64,000 nucleotides of DNA, taken from the IMG/VR virus record IMGVR_UViG_3300042273_000539. The stretch is one strand, 5' to 3'. Within the stretch, counting starts at the first letter, position 1. The number at the start of each line of letters is the position of its first letter. The notes beneath the pieces are model-generated. The model had not been told where the DNA came from and did not search any database. It saw nothing but the letters and a program-made list of their open reading frames with translations. The stretch is from an uncultured virus (IMG/VR IMGVR_UViG_3300042273_000539) (Duplodnaviria; Heunggongvirae; Uroviricota; Caudoviricetes). This document shows, one piece after another, positions 9,541 to 20,998 of the stretch. The position numbers and the translations under genes are program-made.

Positions 9541-11658
9541 ATGTATAAATCACCAAGTATAGAAATTTTTGAGAATGTGCAAAGGTCTATAGCGGTTCCA
9601 ACCGCTGGGACAGGATTTGCAACAGTAGGGTTTTCCACTAATGGCCCTATAAATAAATTAATGCAATTTAACAATTTAGCGGATTTTGAGAAATATATGG
9701 GAAGACCAGTAGCTAATTATGAATTTACCCATAATATGATTAATAGAGCAATGAATACAGGTTTCGGTGGGAGTTTGTATTTCATGAGGGTAGGTAAATT
9801 TACTGAAGAAGAAGATGGAAAAGCTTCTGTAGCTGTATCTAACTATACAGGCGGAACAAGTTATGATTTCTTCTTTAGTTCAGAGATACAAGAAAATAGA
9901 CTTTTAAAACCATGGTTTGTTGCACAAATTGATGATCTGTTTGAAGATGCCCCTGCTACAGCTGTTTACACTTTAAGCTTTGATTTAAATACAGATATAC
10001 CAATTAGTAAATCTTTCACATTAACAAAGTTAGTAGACCAGGTAGGCTTATATGATACTCAACCTAGTGCGATAGATGTATATGCCATATCTATAGATAA
10101 AATAGTGAGAGGGTTAAATAATGATAGGGATTTCTCTTCTTTAGCTACTGCTTATTCTATTTCCGAAGAAGGAGAATATGGTTTAAGGATAGTAGGAAAA
10201 GGAATAGGTTCAAGCTTCTCAATAAGCGGTTTTAGTTTTGCTTATGAGACTACTGGAGATACAGTTTTAGATGATAAATTTATTACGACTTATGAAGTAG
10301 AGATAGAAGGTTCACCTTCAGCAGAATATACTAATGAAGGTAATCAACTAATAGGCGAAGATGCTGTTTTAGATACAATTACCGCTTTTAGTATAATATC
10401 TAAAAACCCAGGGTCTTCAATGAACGGAGCTATGGTTAGAAAAGTATCTACTGTCAATCCATTTTCTGGTGAAGAAAGTTTTACTTTAAGCGTATATGCT
10501 AACTCAAATACAAGTTCTTTACTAGAAACTTTTGAAGAGTTGACTTTAGAAAATTTTGCAAGTAAAATAAACGATGCATCCTATGGTTCTGATTTTATTA
10601 CTATTGATGGATATGTGTATGAAGAAGGAGTATCAGAATTTAAAGATGGTTCTTATGTTCTTGGAGAAGGAGAGGTTTTACCAGACGGAAGTAAATTTGT
10701 GGCAACTGGAGATTATGAACCAATAGTAGGTACTGATGGTGTTCCAATGGATGGAGCTTCTAGTGGTATTGCAGAAGAAGAAGTAGTACAGCTTTTTGTT
10801 GATGCTTTGAGAGATTATTCCTTCAGAAATATGGATAATGTTGATTTCTCTATTATAGCTACTCCAGATAGCCAAGAGCCAGAAGTTCAAGATGCTGCTG
10901 TAGAGTTAGCTAGAAATAGAGGAGATTGTATTTACTTGGTAGATGTCCCTCTTGATTATATGGGAAGCAAAAGTAAAGTAGAACAAGCTATTGCTTGGCA
11001 TAATGGAAGCGAGGGAAGAGCTACTGCTATAGATAGTTCTTATGCAGCCATATATTACGGTTGGTTAACACAGAAAGATGCTTATGGCTCTAATAATCTT
11101 ATCCTTCCTCCTTCTGTATTTGTACTTCCTAAAATGTTGCAAATTGACTATACTCAAGGTCCTTCATTTGCTCCAGCTGGTTCAAATAGAGGAAGAATAG
11201 TTGCTTCTGATTATATGTATTCTCCTGATTTAGAGGATAGAGAAAAAATGTGTGGTGATTATAACTGTATTAACCCTATCATTTTCTCTAATACAAAAGG
11301 GCTTATGATATTTGCTCAAAAAACAGCAGATAGAAGCACTTCTCCTTTAAATAGGATTAATATTAGAAGAATGCTTAACGATATTAAGCGAAAAATGTAT
11401 GTATCTCTTGATGCAGTAAGGTTTGAGTTGAATAACCCTACTACTCAAGAAAGAGCAAGAAAAATCGTTAGTGATATACTTTATGTCTATAGGAATATAG
11501 AAGCATTACAGAGCTATTCTGTGAACGTAAGCTCTCCAGGCGGAGCTGAAGCAGATGTATTGAACATAGTAATAGATATGGTTCCATACGGATTGGTAGA
11601 GAGAATAAGAATTTACTTAAATGTTTCAGAAGCTGGTGCAGTAGTATCAGAGGCTTAA
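9541..11658 (+). CDS. Contractile tail sheath protein
   Basis: MYKSPSIEIFE N-terminus, GP(I)N, RGDCIYLVD, SSYAAIYYGW, FAPAGSNRG, INPI, RINIRR; GGAGG SD before ATG 9541. Confidence 0.92.
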   Translation: MYKSPSIEIFENVQRSIAVPTAGTGFATVGFSTNGPINKLMQFNNLADFEKYMGRPVANYEFTHNMINRAMNTGFGGSLYFMRVGKFTEEEDGKASVAVSNYTGGTSYDFFFSSEIQENRLLKPWFVAQIDDLFEDAPATAVYTLSFDLNTDIPISKSFTLTKLVDQVGLYDTQPSAIDVYAISIDKIVRGLNNDRDFSSLATAYSISEEGEYGLRIVGKGIGSSFSISGFSFAYETTGDTVLDDKFITTYEVEIEGSPSAEYTNEGNQLIGEDAVLDTITAFSIISKNPGSSMNGAMVRKVSTVNPFSGEESFTLSVYANSNTSSLLETFEELTLENFASKINDASYGSDFITIDGYVYEEGVSEFKDGSYVLGEGEVLPDGSKFVATGDYEPIVGTDGVPMDGASSGIAEEEVVQLFVDALRDYSFRNMDNVDFSIIATPDSQEPEVQDAAVELARNRGDCIYLVDVPLDYMGSKSKVEQAIAWHNGSEGRATAIDSSYAAIYYGWLTQKDAYGSNNLILPPSVFVLPKMLQIDYTQGPSFAPAGSNRGRIVASDYMYSPDLEDREKMCGDYNCINPIIFSNTKGLMIFAQKTADRSTSPLNRINIRRMLNDIKRKMYVSLDAVRFELNNPTTQERARKIVSDILYVYRNIEALQSYSVNVSSPGGAEADVLNIVIDMVPYGLVERIRIYLNVSEAGAVVSEA

Positions 11659-11659
11659 T

Positions 11660-11690
11660 AAAAAAGGGAGGTTAAGACCTCCCTTTTTTT
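11660..11690. terminator. Bidirectional intrinsic terminator
   Basis: AAAAAGGGAGGT-TAAG-ACCTCCCTTTTTTT between convergent genes. Confidence 0.85.
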
Positions 11691-12711
11691 ATAAATATTT
11701 GCTCGTTTCTCTTCTTAATTGGTCTAATAGAAAGTTTGCACAATCTGGGCATAGGTTTATATCCATACCGTTTTCTAGATAAACAGTTATAGCTGTTTCT
11801 CCAATATCGCTTTCTATTTCTTTATTACAAGAATCGCATTCTTCTGCGTTTCCATATACTTTATTAAAATAGAAATCATCATATTCATCAAAATAGCTTT
11901 CCTTATTTTTCTTGTTTTTATAGTATTTACCGCCATAATTCCAATAACTATAAAGGTCTTTTACTGGCGCTTCAAATTTCTCTTTAACTTCTTCAATTAT
12001 TCTTTCAGTAAAAAACAGAGCATTTTCAAGCGATAAGAGTTCTATCATTTCGTTTTTAGAGTGAGCATTAAAATAACCCACACTAAGGTTTGCTGTACTA
12101 ATAAATTCAGAAGTATAATCTGCATCTGAAAAAGTTCCAGTTGCTGGTTTATACATAAGGTCATGGTTTTTTGATACTTCTATTAAAGCATCTTCAAATT
12201 CTTTCGTACCATAATCGTTTTTTGTACATATAATATCAGAGTTTCCGTTTCTGTCTAGTACTAAACAATATAAACAATTTTCTTTTACTTTTTCTACGTT
12301 TTCAGGATTTCCGAAAAATTCCTGTATTCCTATACATCCAATTTCTTCATCTTTACTAAATACAAAATTTACTTTCTTATTACTTAACAATATTCTCATG
12401 GCGATGTAGATACCACATTTATCGTCCCCACCGATTATACTTCCGTTTACTATTAAGCCAGTATCATCAGGAAAAATAAATTGAGACATTCTTTCATCAG
12501 TTTCTCTCATTACAGTATCCATATGGGCAGATAAAAGAGGAACATCTTTTAAGTCAAGGTTATAAATATTCCCATATGAATCTTCATAATATGTTATACC
12601 ATTTAAATTAAAAACTTCCTTGATATATGTAGCTGTATCTTCTTGTGTAGCACATCTTAATAGGCTATATATGTTTGGGTGAATATTCATCTCTGGATAT
12701 ACTGATTTCAT
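11689..12711 (-). CDS. M20/M28-family zinc peptidase-like protein
   Basis: SAHMDTV, GGDDKCG, DEEIG, NLSVGYFNAH motifs; C-terminal CxxC pairs. Confidence 0.8.
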   Translation of the reverse strand: MKSVYPEMNIHPNIYSLLRCATQEDTATYIKEVFNLNGITYYEDSYGNIYNLDLKDVPLLSAHMDTVMRETDERMSQFIFPDDTGLIVNGSIIGGDDKCGIYIAMRILLSNKKVNFVFSKDEEIGCIGIQEFFGNPENVEKVKENCLYCLVLDRNGNSDIICTKNDYGTKEFEDALIEVSKNHDLMYKPATGTFSDADYTSEFISTANLSVGYFNAHSKNEMIELLSLENALFFTERIIEEVKEKFEAPVKDLYSYWNYGGKYYKNKKNKESYFDEYDDFYFNKVYGNAEECDSCNKEIESDIGETAITVYLENGMDINLCPDCANFLLDQLRRETSKYL

Positions 12712-12712
12712 G

Positions 12713-14569
12713 TTAGGAGATCTTTTCTTCTTTTTCACTATTTTCTTTTTCACAGTAAGGACACCCTCCTATTTCTTTTGAATAGAATCTCCCATGAGTA
12801 GAGCAGTAGTTATGAGTTTCAATACAATCCAAACATGCTCTAACAGAGGTTTTTTCATTTCCAACTGTTACCATATTTTCTGTTTCAAAATAACCACCAC
12901 AACTTTCGCATTCTTCTATTTCATTTTTCTTTATCATATCATTAAAACAATGTTCGCATATTTTTATATCCTCTACATCCATCATTTCTCCATTTTCATA
13001 CCACTCTTCACAATTTTCGCACTGTGTATAATTTCTGTTTAAACAATTTTCACACACAGTTCTTCCGCTTGCCGTGCATCCCGATATATCTCTATGCTCA
13101 TAATACCACTCTTCGCAGTCTTCACAAAAATAGAAATCAGGGTTATCATACATACAGTCTTCGCATACTTCTCCAATTCCGTTTACATAAGTAGTTGATT
13201 CGCGTGTTCTATTTCCACAGTGGTCACAATAATAAGCTCCAGAATTTTCGGATGCTTCTATTGCATCTTTACTATTTGCAATTAAGGAACTTAAATCATA
13301 ATCTGCACTTCTTAAAGATTCGCAGATATCATCAAGATTTCCACCATATAGGAACTTATCTTCTCCATCTGCTGTAAATCTTTCTAGGCTTGGCATTCCA
13401 GAGCTATTTCCGTTTATGTCTATTCGGACTTTACTCTTTGACTTTGATATTTTAATGTCATAGCAGTCAGCATAAATAAATGGAACTGTATTGTCTGTCA
13501 TATAAAAAGGCTTATACCAAGTTGATGCTTTTATAGTATCTTCTTGGGCTTTCCAATCATTGAATGACAGAACTAAATCTCCATTGTAAAAACTCTTGTC
13601 GGCTGAAACCCTTCCTCTAATATCATGAGGATACCAGTTTACTAGATTATATTTGTCATTATCTCCATGAATAGCCCAAGACCTTGTTACAATATGAGGA
13701 ACTTCAATTCCATAATATATTTTATTAGTTTTTTTACTTACCATAACCATTCCCCAGTCAGGACAAGCAAACAAACCTGTAAGTCCAAGACCATAACACA
13801 TATCGCTTTCTAACCCTATACAAGAACCCCAACTTTCGCCAGTAGAGGCTAGAAACCAATCAAAAAAGTTAAAGCTCAAATATGCTTCATAGCCATCTGG
13901 ATTGCTAATGTTTTTAGCCCCAAATATATCAGAAATAATATCTATCAATAGATTTATAGTTCTTGAAAGTTCATTCACGTCTTTGATAGGATGAGATATT
14001 TTTTCTTCGTATTTATTGATTTTAGACCTTAAAGAGGTTGTTCTAGTTCCAAGAGAATTTTTGTAGGAATTTGCTGAATATGTCATTGGTCCAATACAGA
14101 AATGAGGAACCTTTTCGTCTATAGTTATTTCTCCGTTTTCTTCTTTGAGAATGTGAGTAGCCATCTGAAATGACATAGACTTCAAGAATCTCCATAGCTT
14201 TCTTTCTTGTTTGAACATAATAAACTTATTTTCTTTTAGTAAGTCAATAGATATATTACATTCATTATTTAGACTTCTGTACTTTGGATATTCTTGAAAT
14301 AAAATATCGTTCAACATTTCTAAAGCCAAATAAGCTTCAGGAGGTGTTTCAGACTTTAATATTTTATCAATATCAAGAGGGATTCTGTAGTCAATTACTT
14401 TATCGCCATATTTTTCAATAAGACTTTTTGTCTTATCATTAAGAACTAACATAGGGTTATCTACATAAGAAACAAATTCTTTATATGAAGTGCCAGATAA
14501 AGAAAAAGAATTTTTTACTATGTTTTTTAGTTGTTCTGCGTTTTTGAGGTATGTTTCGGTAACAATCAT
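12713..14569 (-). CDS. Protein with C-terminal tandem CxxC zinc-binding repeats
   Basis: About 9 CxxC units after residue 445. Confidence 0.7.
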   Translation of the reverse strand: MIVTETYLKNAEQLKNIVKNSFSLSGTSYKEFVSYVDNPMLVLNDKTKSLIEKYGDKVIDYRIPLDIDKILKSETPPEAYLALEMLNDILFQEYPKYRSLNNECNISIDLLKENKFIMFKQERKLWRFLKSMSFQMATHILKEENGEITIDEKVPHFCIGPMTYSANSYKNSLGTRTTSLRSKINKYEEKISHPIKDVNELSRTINLLIDIISDIFGAKNISNPDGYEAYLSFNFFDWFLASTGESWGSCIGLESDMCYGLGLTGLFACPDWGMVMVSKKTNKIYYGIEVPHIVTRSWAIHGDNDKYNLVNWYPHDIRGRVSADKSFYNGDLVLSFNDWKAQEDTIKASTWYKPFYMTDNTVPFIYADCYDIKISKSKSKVRIDINGNSSGMPSLERFTADGEDKFLYGGNLDDICESLRSADYDLSSLIANSKDAIEASENSGAYYCDHCGNRTRESTTYVNGIGEVCEDCMYDNPDFYFCEDCEEWYYEHRDISGCTASGRTVCENCLNRNYTQCENCEEWYENGEMMDVEDIKICEHCFNDMIKKNEIEECESCGGYFETENMVTVGNEKTSVRACLDCIETHNYCSTHGRFYSKEIGGCPYCEKENSEKEEKIS

Positions 14570-15098
14570 GAAAGATTGCCTCCTTTTAAATTTGATTTTG
14601 TTTTTTGTTATACTTTATTATAAACTTTTTTTAAAATTTTGTCAATTTTATTCTGCCAGTTCAAATCCAGATTCTATTGCTGTTTTTTTAGCTATTTCTA
14701 AACTTTCTGCTAACAGCCCACGAAGAAATTCGGGGTTTTCATCTATTGCTTCTACGGTTACATCAAACTGCGCTTTGCCTTTTGCAGTAGTAGAAACATT
14801 AATCCTTATTCTTTGCTTCTGCATCAATTCGCTTTGATTCATCTTCTATCTCCTCTATTTTTTCATTAAGAATAACTATCGTATTTTCCAAGTTTTCTTC
14901 ATAGGTTCTTTTGTTATAGTATATTTGGTCAAAATAATGTTTTCCATTAAACACAAATCTTACTACTTTCCCTTTACTTAAAAAATCTTCATTAATCACA
15001 TTTATATCTGTGATATTCACTTCTGGACAACGAAGTGACAGGTCTTTGTACAATACGTCCATATGTTTTCCTCCACATAAAGAAAGAGAGGTAGTTTT

Positions 15099-15395
15099 CT
15101 ACCTCTCTTTTACCAAGTCAAGAATTTCTTCTCGTAGGTGCTTATACCTACCATCCTTTTTCCAGATGTTTTTTATTTTGCCGTCCAATTTGTTATGGCA
15201 AGCTCTGCACATAGGAACATACTTGCCATTTCCTACATCAGCCCAATCCTGGGCTTGATTTTCATGGCATTTAGAACACTTATATTGGCTTGCTTTGCCT
15301 CTTTTGGCTACTATGCGATAATGCATAGCCCTTCTGGATATTTTTTTTGTTCCTTTCCAGTTGGAATTTTTTTCACCGCTTCTACTTTTGTCCAT
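15099..15395 (-). CDS. HNH-like endonuclease / NUMOD-like protein
   Basis: SGEKNSNWKG, CSKC, CRACH. Confidence 0.55.
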   Translation of the reverse strand: MDKSRSGEKNSNWKGTKKISRRAMHYRIVAKRGKASQYKCSKCHENQAQDWADVGNGKYVPMCRACHNKLDGKIKNIWKKDGRYKHLREEILDLVKER

Positions 15396-15412
15396 ATAAG
15401 TATCTTTTCTTA

Positions 15413-15919
15413 TTACGGCAAGAAGTTAGCCCAAACCTCGTATGTTTCTTTATTAGAGTAAATTATTTCTCTTATAATTTCTCCTTTGCTTGGCATACGT
15501 GTAGGATATAAAGTGTGCATGTGAGCCTCTTCGGGAGTTCTACTTCCTTTTTTATTATTGCAATGAACACATGCTGTAATAAGGTTATCCCAAGTAAATT
15601 TACCTCCACGAGATTTAGGTATAATATGGTCTACGGTAAGCTCCCTTGGAGGGAACGTATTTCCACAGTACGCACACCTATTTTTATCTCTTTTTAGTAT
15701 ATTCCTTTTAGAAAGTTTGGCAGAAACGGGAATGCCAGAATAATCTAACAACCTTATAACCTTTGGAAAGTTTTTCATGTCAATATTTTTAAAACTAACT
15801 ATTGACATATCATCGTTTATTGCTTCGGCTTTCTTTTTAAATAACAACCTTATTGCTTTTTTTGCCGGTATAATCTGTATTGGAAAATAAGAGCGATTAA
15901 GCAATAAAACGTGGTGCAT
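15413..15919 (-). CDS. HNH endonuclease (McrA-like)
   Basis: RDKNRCAYCG, TVDHIIPKSRGG, NLITACVHCNNKKG. Confidence 0.9.
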   Translation of the reverse strand: MHHVLLLNRSYFPIQIIPAKKAIRLLFKKKAEAINDDMSIVSFKNIDMKNFPKVIRLLDYSGIPVSAKLSKRNILKRDKNRCAYCGNTFPPRELTVDHIIPKSRGGKFTWDNLITACVHCNNKKGSRTPEEAHMHTLYPTRMPSKGEIIREIIYSNKETYEVWANFLP

Positions 15920-16285
15920 AAGTTTTACACCTCAAACAGCAAAATTTTATTATCGGTTTGAATGAACGGTGTTTCTGTCTTAAACACATAATCAAAAAAT
16001 TCTTTGTCGGCACAGTGAACGGCTTTTCCTCCGACAAAATAAACCAAGTGGTACTCTCCGCTTAACTTATTCACTCCAAAATCTTCAATCATTGCTTCTG
16101 GAACATCAACAACAGTCCCTTTTGCTGTGGCTTGAACTTCATTCACAAACTTATGAAACCCTTGCTTACTCGTAACTTTTGCGAATGCCTTTCCTTCAAT
16201 AAACGCTGTCAAAGCATCCATGTTCTTTCTCTTTCTCATGTTTTATTCCACCTGAATAAAAAAAATAAAACCCTCACAAGAGGGA

Positions 16286-16356
16286 CAGGGATACAGGGAA
16301 TTGAACCCCAATACTCTGGTTCAGAGCCAGACGCATTACCATTATGCTATATCCCT
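16286..16356 (-). tRNA. tRNA-Gln(CTG)
   Basis: Cloverleaf, loop CTCTGAA. Confidence 0.9.
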
Positions 16357-16361
16357 ATATA

Positions 16362-16432
16362 CTACCTTACTTGGAATTGAACCAAGACCAAAAGATTCAA
16401 AATCTTTTGTGCTACCTTTACACCATAAGGCA
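16362..16432 (-). tRNA. tRNA-Gln(TTG)
   Basis: Cloverleaf, loop TTTTGAA. Confidence 0.9.
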
Positions 16433-16913
16433 ATCATATACTTATCTTGTTATAATACTATTATAATCTATCTTTACTTTTTTGTCAATATTATTTAAGT
16501 GTGTCAAATTTTTCAGTAAAAATTGCTTCTGTTAATTGTGAGAATATTATTTTGTCTTCTTTATTAAAAAACATCCAATCTCTGCAAAACCTACCATAAA
16601 ATGGGCAATTGTGACAACTAGTAGCACTACAAATAAATTTTCTTAAAAAATTAGCTCTATTTTCTTCCGAACTTAGTTTTAATAATATCTTTCTTAATTT
16701 AGTTATATTATCAGTTTTAAATGGACATTTTTCTTCTGCATCAGGATATATTGAGTCACATAATCCTTGCTTGTTTTCAATGCAGATAAGGTCTCCATTA
16801 TCATTTACAGAGTTATAGCATTTACCATATTTGTTTTTAAATTTTTTGTCTAACAATATATAAGATGAAATTTTCATGTTCTGTAGTAAATCCATAAATA
16901 CGTCCTTTAAAAA

Positions 16914-16938
16914 AAATAAGTGGGGTTTCCCCCACTTA
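16914..16938 (-). terminator. Intrinsic terminator after the DUF2828 gene
   Basis: TAAGTGGGG-AAA-CCCCACTTA followed by a T run on the minus strand. Confidence 0.75.
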
Positions 16939-18372
16939 CATGAAAAGTCTTTCTACTGGTGAATATCTTTCTCCGTTTATTACCTCAAGCATGAAGGTTT
17001 CTGGGGAGCACCCCTCGGAAACGGCAAACTTGAAAACAGAAGGAGAAGACCCAGAAACAAGAACTGTGTTGATTTCGTCCTTGGAAACTGGAACATTGTT
17101 TTGTCTAGAATTTACATTCCAGAATACAATTTTTGGTATAGTATAACCGGCAAGGGCATACTTTTCTTTGATTGCTTCATAGTTAGTAACAGAAAAGTTG
17201 CCTTTCCTTCCATAACTAGAACTAGTGGCTTCATCAAACTCCATATCAGATATGATATATATAGTTTCTGGCATTTCTTCTTGTGGAACTTTTTCAGCTA
17301 GACAGATAGAAAGAATAGTTCTGAAAGCCTTAATAAGGTCAGTATTCATATCCCAGTTTGCCCGAGATATATTCCTCATTTTTTCTCCCAAAGTTTTTCC
17401 TCTTACCTGTTCTACACTTGGGTTTCCACTGAAAGTCATAAAACTTCCGTTAAATCTTCCTTTGTTCCTTTCTGCAAAATACAAAGCCAAAGATATAGAA
17501 ACAGCTATTGGCAATCCAGCCATAGAACCAGATACATCTGCCATTACGATAGCATTTTTGCCATTGGTAAAGTCAGGCAAATTATCCCATAGAGCAGTTG
17601 CCTCTTTATCGTTTATTTTGCCTTCCATCAATCTGGTATAGATCTCATAAGGGTATAGTACAGAAGCATTTATTTTTGCCTCTCCACTCTTGACTTTATT
17701 GATATAAGCTCCAAATCTATCAGTATCATTTCTTCCAAAAGCCTTATTATAGTTAAGCATAGCCTTTGAAGGAACGTGTTCATAGTTGATTTCGTCCCAA
17801 TCTTTTGCACACATCTTGGTTTCTACAAGATTAAGTTTAGCCCGAAGAGCAGAAAGAGCCTTCCTGTATTGTCTTGGGGTAAGCCCCATATACCTTGCGA
17901 TTGCTTCAGCTTCTTTGTTAGAAGATCCACCAACAGAAGGCATATACTTTTCCAAAAGGGTAGGTGTTTTTTCTCTGATGTCTCTTTTGAAGACAGCAGA
18001 AACAAACTCTTCATATTCATCGTGAGTCATTACTTCAAATACATCCTTCCAAGAACCGTAATAAGACATTAGCTTAATAAGTTCAGCCTTTGGAGCATCT
18101 TTATATTTATTCAAAAGCCAGCGAGTAGCAACTCTGAAAAATCTCTTTTCTCCAAGTCCTCCCCTACAATCTCTGATATAGAAAAGGCACTTCATAGCAA
18201 GTTGAGGATTTTCTTTAAAAGCATTGGAAAACATATTGATAATTTCGCTATCTTGGCGAGTTCTCATAGAGCCTCCCATTGCGAACATATCAACCAAAGC
18301 GGATTTGGATGTGCTTCTTGTCAAAGCGCCATTTTCAGTAAGTGTAAAGTCATTAAGTGTTTTCCAGAACAT
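16936..18372 (-). CDS. TROVE/Ro60-like protein with VWA domain (DUF2828-like)
   Basis: TENGA, RDCRGGLGE, YGSWKD, LYPYEI, DVSGSM, SDMEFD, VFWNV motifs. Confidence 0.85.
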   Translation of the reverse strand: MFWKTLNDFTLTENGALTRSTSKSALVDMFAMGGSMRTRQDSEIINMFSNAFKENPQLAMKCLFYIRDCRGGLGEKRFFRVATRWLLNKYKDAPKAELIKLMSYYGSWKDVFEVMTHDEYEEFVSAVFKRDIREKTPTLLEKYMPSVGGSSNKEAEAIARYMGLTPRQYRKALSALRAKLNLVETKMCAKDWDEINYEHVPSKAMLNYNKAFGRNDTDRFGAYINKVKSGEAKINASVLYPYEIYTRLMEGKINDKEATALWDNLPDFTNGKNAIVMADVSGSMAGLPIAVSISLALYFAERNKGRFNGSFMTFSGNPSVEQVRGKTLGEKMRNISRANWDMNTDLIKAFRTILSICLAEKVPQEEMPETIYIISDMEFDEATSSSYGRKGNFSVTNYEAIKEKYALAGYTIPKIVFWNVNSRQNNVPVSKDEINTVLVSGSSPSVFKFAVSEGCSPETFMLEVINGERYSPVERLFM

Positions 18373-19912
18373 AGTTATCCTCCTACATTATTTATTATAA
18401 TGTGTTTTTATTGTTTTTTTGTTATACCTTATTATACATTTTTTTTAGTTTTTTGTCAAGGAAATATTTGACCGTTAAAATTAAAGTCCTGTTTGTAGTA
18501 TTTCATCGCTGTCAAAAAGACTTCCCTCTGTGAAATCATTTTCGTCTTCAGGCTCATTTTGAAATATTCCGAGAGAATCTAAATCTATACAACTATTTAT
18601 CCAACTTAAAATACCTGGAACTCTTATGTCATAAGTGCCAAGTGAATCTTGAAGTATTCTTGAAGTGTCATGGTCTATTTCAATATTCCATTGCCTTCCT
18701 GCTCTAATCCCTTCTACGTTATCAGAGTAGGAAGATAATACATCGTTAATATGTGTACTTCGGCATGGATTTTCACCATTTATTTCAATAGACCAAGTTT
18801 TATCTTCTTTGTCAATAACTGGAGCTTCTTTTTCTTCTTCTAAATCTTCTTCAGTTAAAGATAAAATAGTTTCAGCTATTTCTTTATTGCTATAATATAT
18901 GAAAATCATAGAATTTCTAGAGTTTTTTAAACTATTTTGAATAAATTTGAAATTTTTAATTTTTTTAGTATGGTACTCTTTTAATATTTGCCTTTTTATG
19001 CTTGAAAGGCTTCTTACCCTAAATTTACATCTTTGACACGTAGAATTCGGAAATCCAAAACTACACCCATGTGCTTGCCTAATCACAAATCCATTATCGT
19101 CATACATCAATAAAGAACATATAGAAAACATAGAACGATCTTTTATAACTTCTTTTACTGTTTTAACAGTTTCTTTAAATAAATCAGAATCTCTTTCTAA
19201 CATCTAATGCCCCCTGTAAAATTTTCTTCCATACATTTATTAATTTCTTCTTGAGTTATTTCTTGCAAATATTCAAATATTTCATCATCATCCCAATAGT
19301 ATAAATAGTCATGCTTATAGACATTAGTTAAATAGTCAATAATATAGCCATGGTCTTTACTTTTTATCGTGTTTTCTCTTATTATAATTTTCTTTATTTT
19401 TTCCAAAGAGTTTATACGCATAGGGCAATTATTACAACCACTATGAAAGATGCTATTGCAAGAGGATATAGCTCTCCCTTCAAAAATATATTTCTCACTC
19501 TCAAAAATACAATAAGCTTTTCTTCCAGAAATAATATATGAAGTTAACAATAAAAATTTTTTATATCTATTACTGCTCTTGTCAATCAAAGTTTTCTCCT
19601 TTTTCGTATATCACTATTATACTATTTTTTTAAAATTTTGTCAATTTTTTGTTAATAAAAAAAGAGTGGTAAAAACCACTCTATAAAGAAGAAAAATATT
19701 CTTCTATCTCTTTTAAGCTCTCAAGTATAATTTCTAAAGGTGTATTATAATATATAGGCATCAACAAAGATGCCTCTCCCTTTTCGTCAAACATGAGAGT
19801 TATTCTATTATCCATATATACATATGGCTCTTCAAAAAATATGTCTTGGAGGTCTTCTCCCCAAACGGCATTAGTAGCATCAAATTCACTTGCCATATGT
19901 AATCTCCTGTTG

Positions 19913-19981
19913 TGGAGTATGAGGGAGTTGAACCCTCGTCTTGGCTATTCTATAGAATACCAATCTAATCCAGTATACCCC
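19913..19981 (-). ncRNA. Minimal tmRNA-like tRNA-like domain (69 nt)
   Basis: GGGGTAT/ATACTCC-A acceptor with G3.U70, unpaired D region ACTGGATTAGA, short closed helix, GAC plus T arm GAGGG-TTCAACT-CCCTC. Confidence 0.7.
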
Positions 19982-20308
19982 GTTGTTTATAAACTTTCAA
20001 GATTTTTCATTAAGTTATAAAAGAACTTAACATGCTTTTCAAATTCTTCTGGTCGTTTTTCTTTTACTTCCTCTAACGATTTTATTAAAGAACTCCACCT
20101 CATTCCATCAAAATGCTCTTTTTTAGTTTTTACTATCTTTGCATCTTTTTTTTGAGCCTCATCCCAAATAGTATTTTCAATAGAAGAAGTTACACTGTCA
20201 ACAGTTTTCCACACTTCATAGGTAAACGGATTTTCTTTAAGTCGATCCATAGATTTTTTTAAAGACTTCCAACACATAGCGTAAATTTCGTCATAAGTGA
20301 TTTCCATA

Positions 20309-20998
20309 TTATTCTCCGATTCTTATAATATCATTATACAATAATCTAAAATTATTGTCAACTATTTCATCGGCATGAAAATGTCCGAAATACCATTTTT
20401 TGAAACCACCTTTTACTTGACGTTTAATCCCTTCAAGAGCAACTTCAGTAGGACAATGAAGGTTATATAACTTCTTACTCTTTATACGTCTCCGCACGGA
20501 AAACGGACAGGTGTGTGTAATGATGTAATCAACCGGCTGACTCTTAATAACATTTTCTGCCAATATTATTTCATCATCATTAGGAACTTCATCATACCAC
20601 CAGTTTATATTAGGAATTCTACTCATTCTATCAGTAGAGATAGCTCCTCCAAAAGTAAGCATAGTATCACCATTTATCACATAAGGTCTTCCCCTTCGTA
20701 AATGATAAATGCCCTCTCTTACTACACCAACTTCATTATCAAATCGGTATTCCATTTGAAGGTTTTTAAGCCTATCAAAGTTTTCATGGTTTCCATCCAC
20801 AAAGCAAATGGTACATCCATTAGTATTACTTTGGAGTTCATCAAGTCTTTCTTTTTCAAAAGAAGTTTCTTTCTCTGAAAATATATAACCAAAATCACCG
20901 CAGACAATAAGAAAATCATCTTTGGTAAATTCTGGTATGTTTTTTTTGTATAATGGAAACCTTCCATGTAAATCACCTGTGATGTATGTTTCTGCCAT
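20309..20998 (-). CDS. Calcineurin-like metallophosphoesterase
   Basis: GDLHG, GDFG, GNHE, THT, GHFH. Confidence 0.9.
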   Translation of the reverse strand: MAETYITGDLHGRFPLYKKNIPEFTKDDFLIVCGDFGYIFSEKETSFEKERLDELQSNTNGCTICFVDGNHENFDRLKNLQMEYRFDNEVGVVREGIYHLRRGRPYVINGDTMLTFGGAISTDRMSRIPNINWWYDEVPNDDEIILAENVIKSQPVDYIITHTCPFSVRRRIKSKKLYNLHCPTEVALEGIKRQVKGGFKKWYFGHFHADEIVDNNFRLLYNDIIRIGE

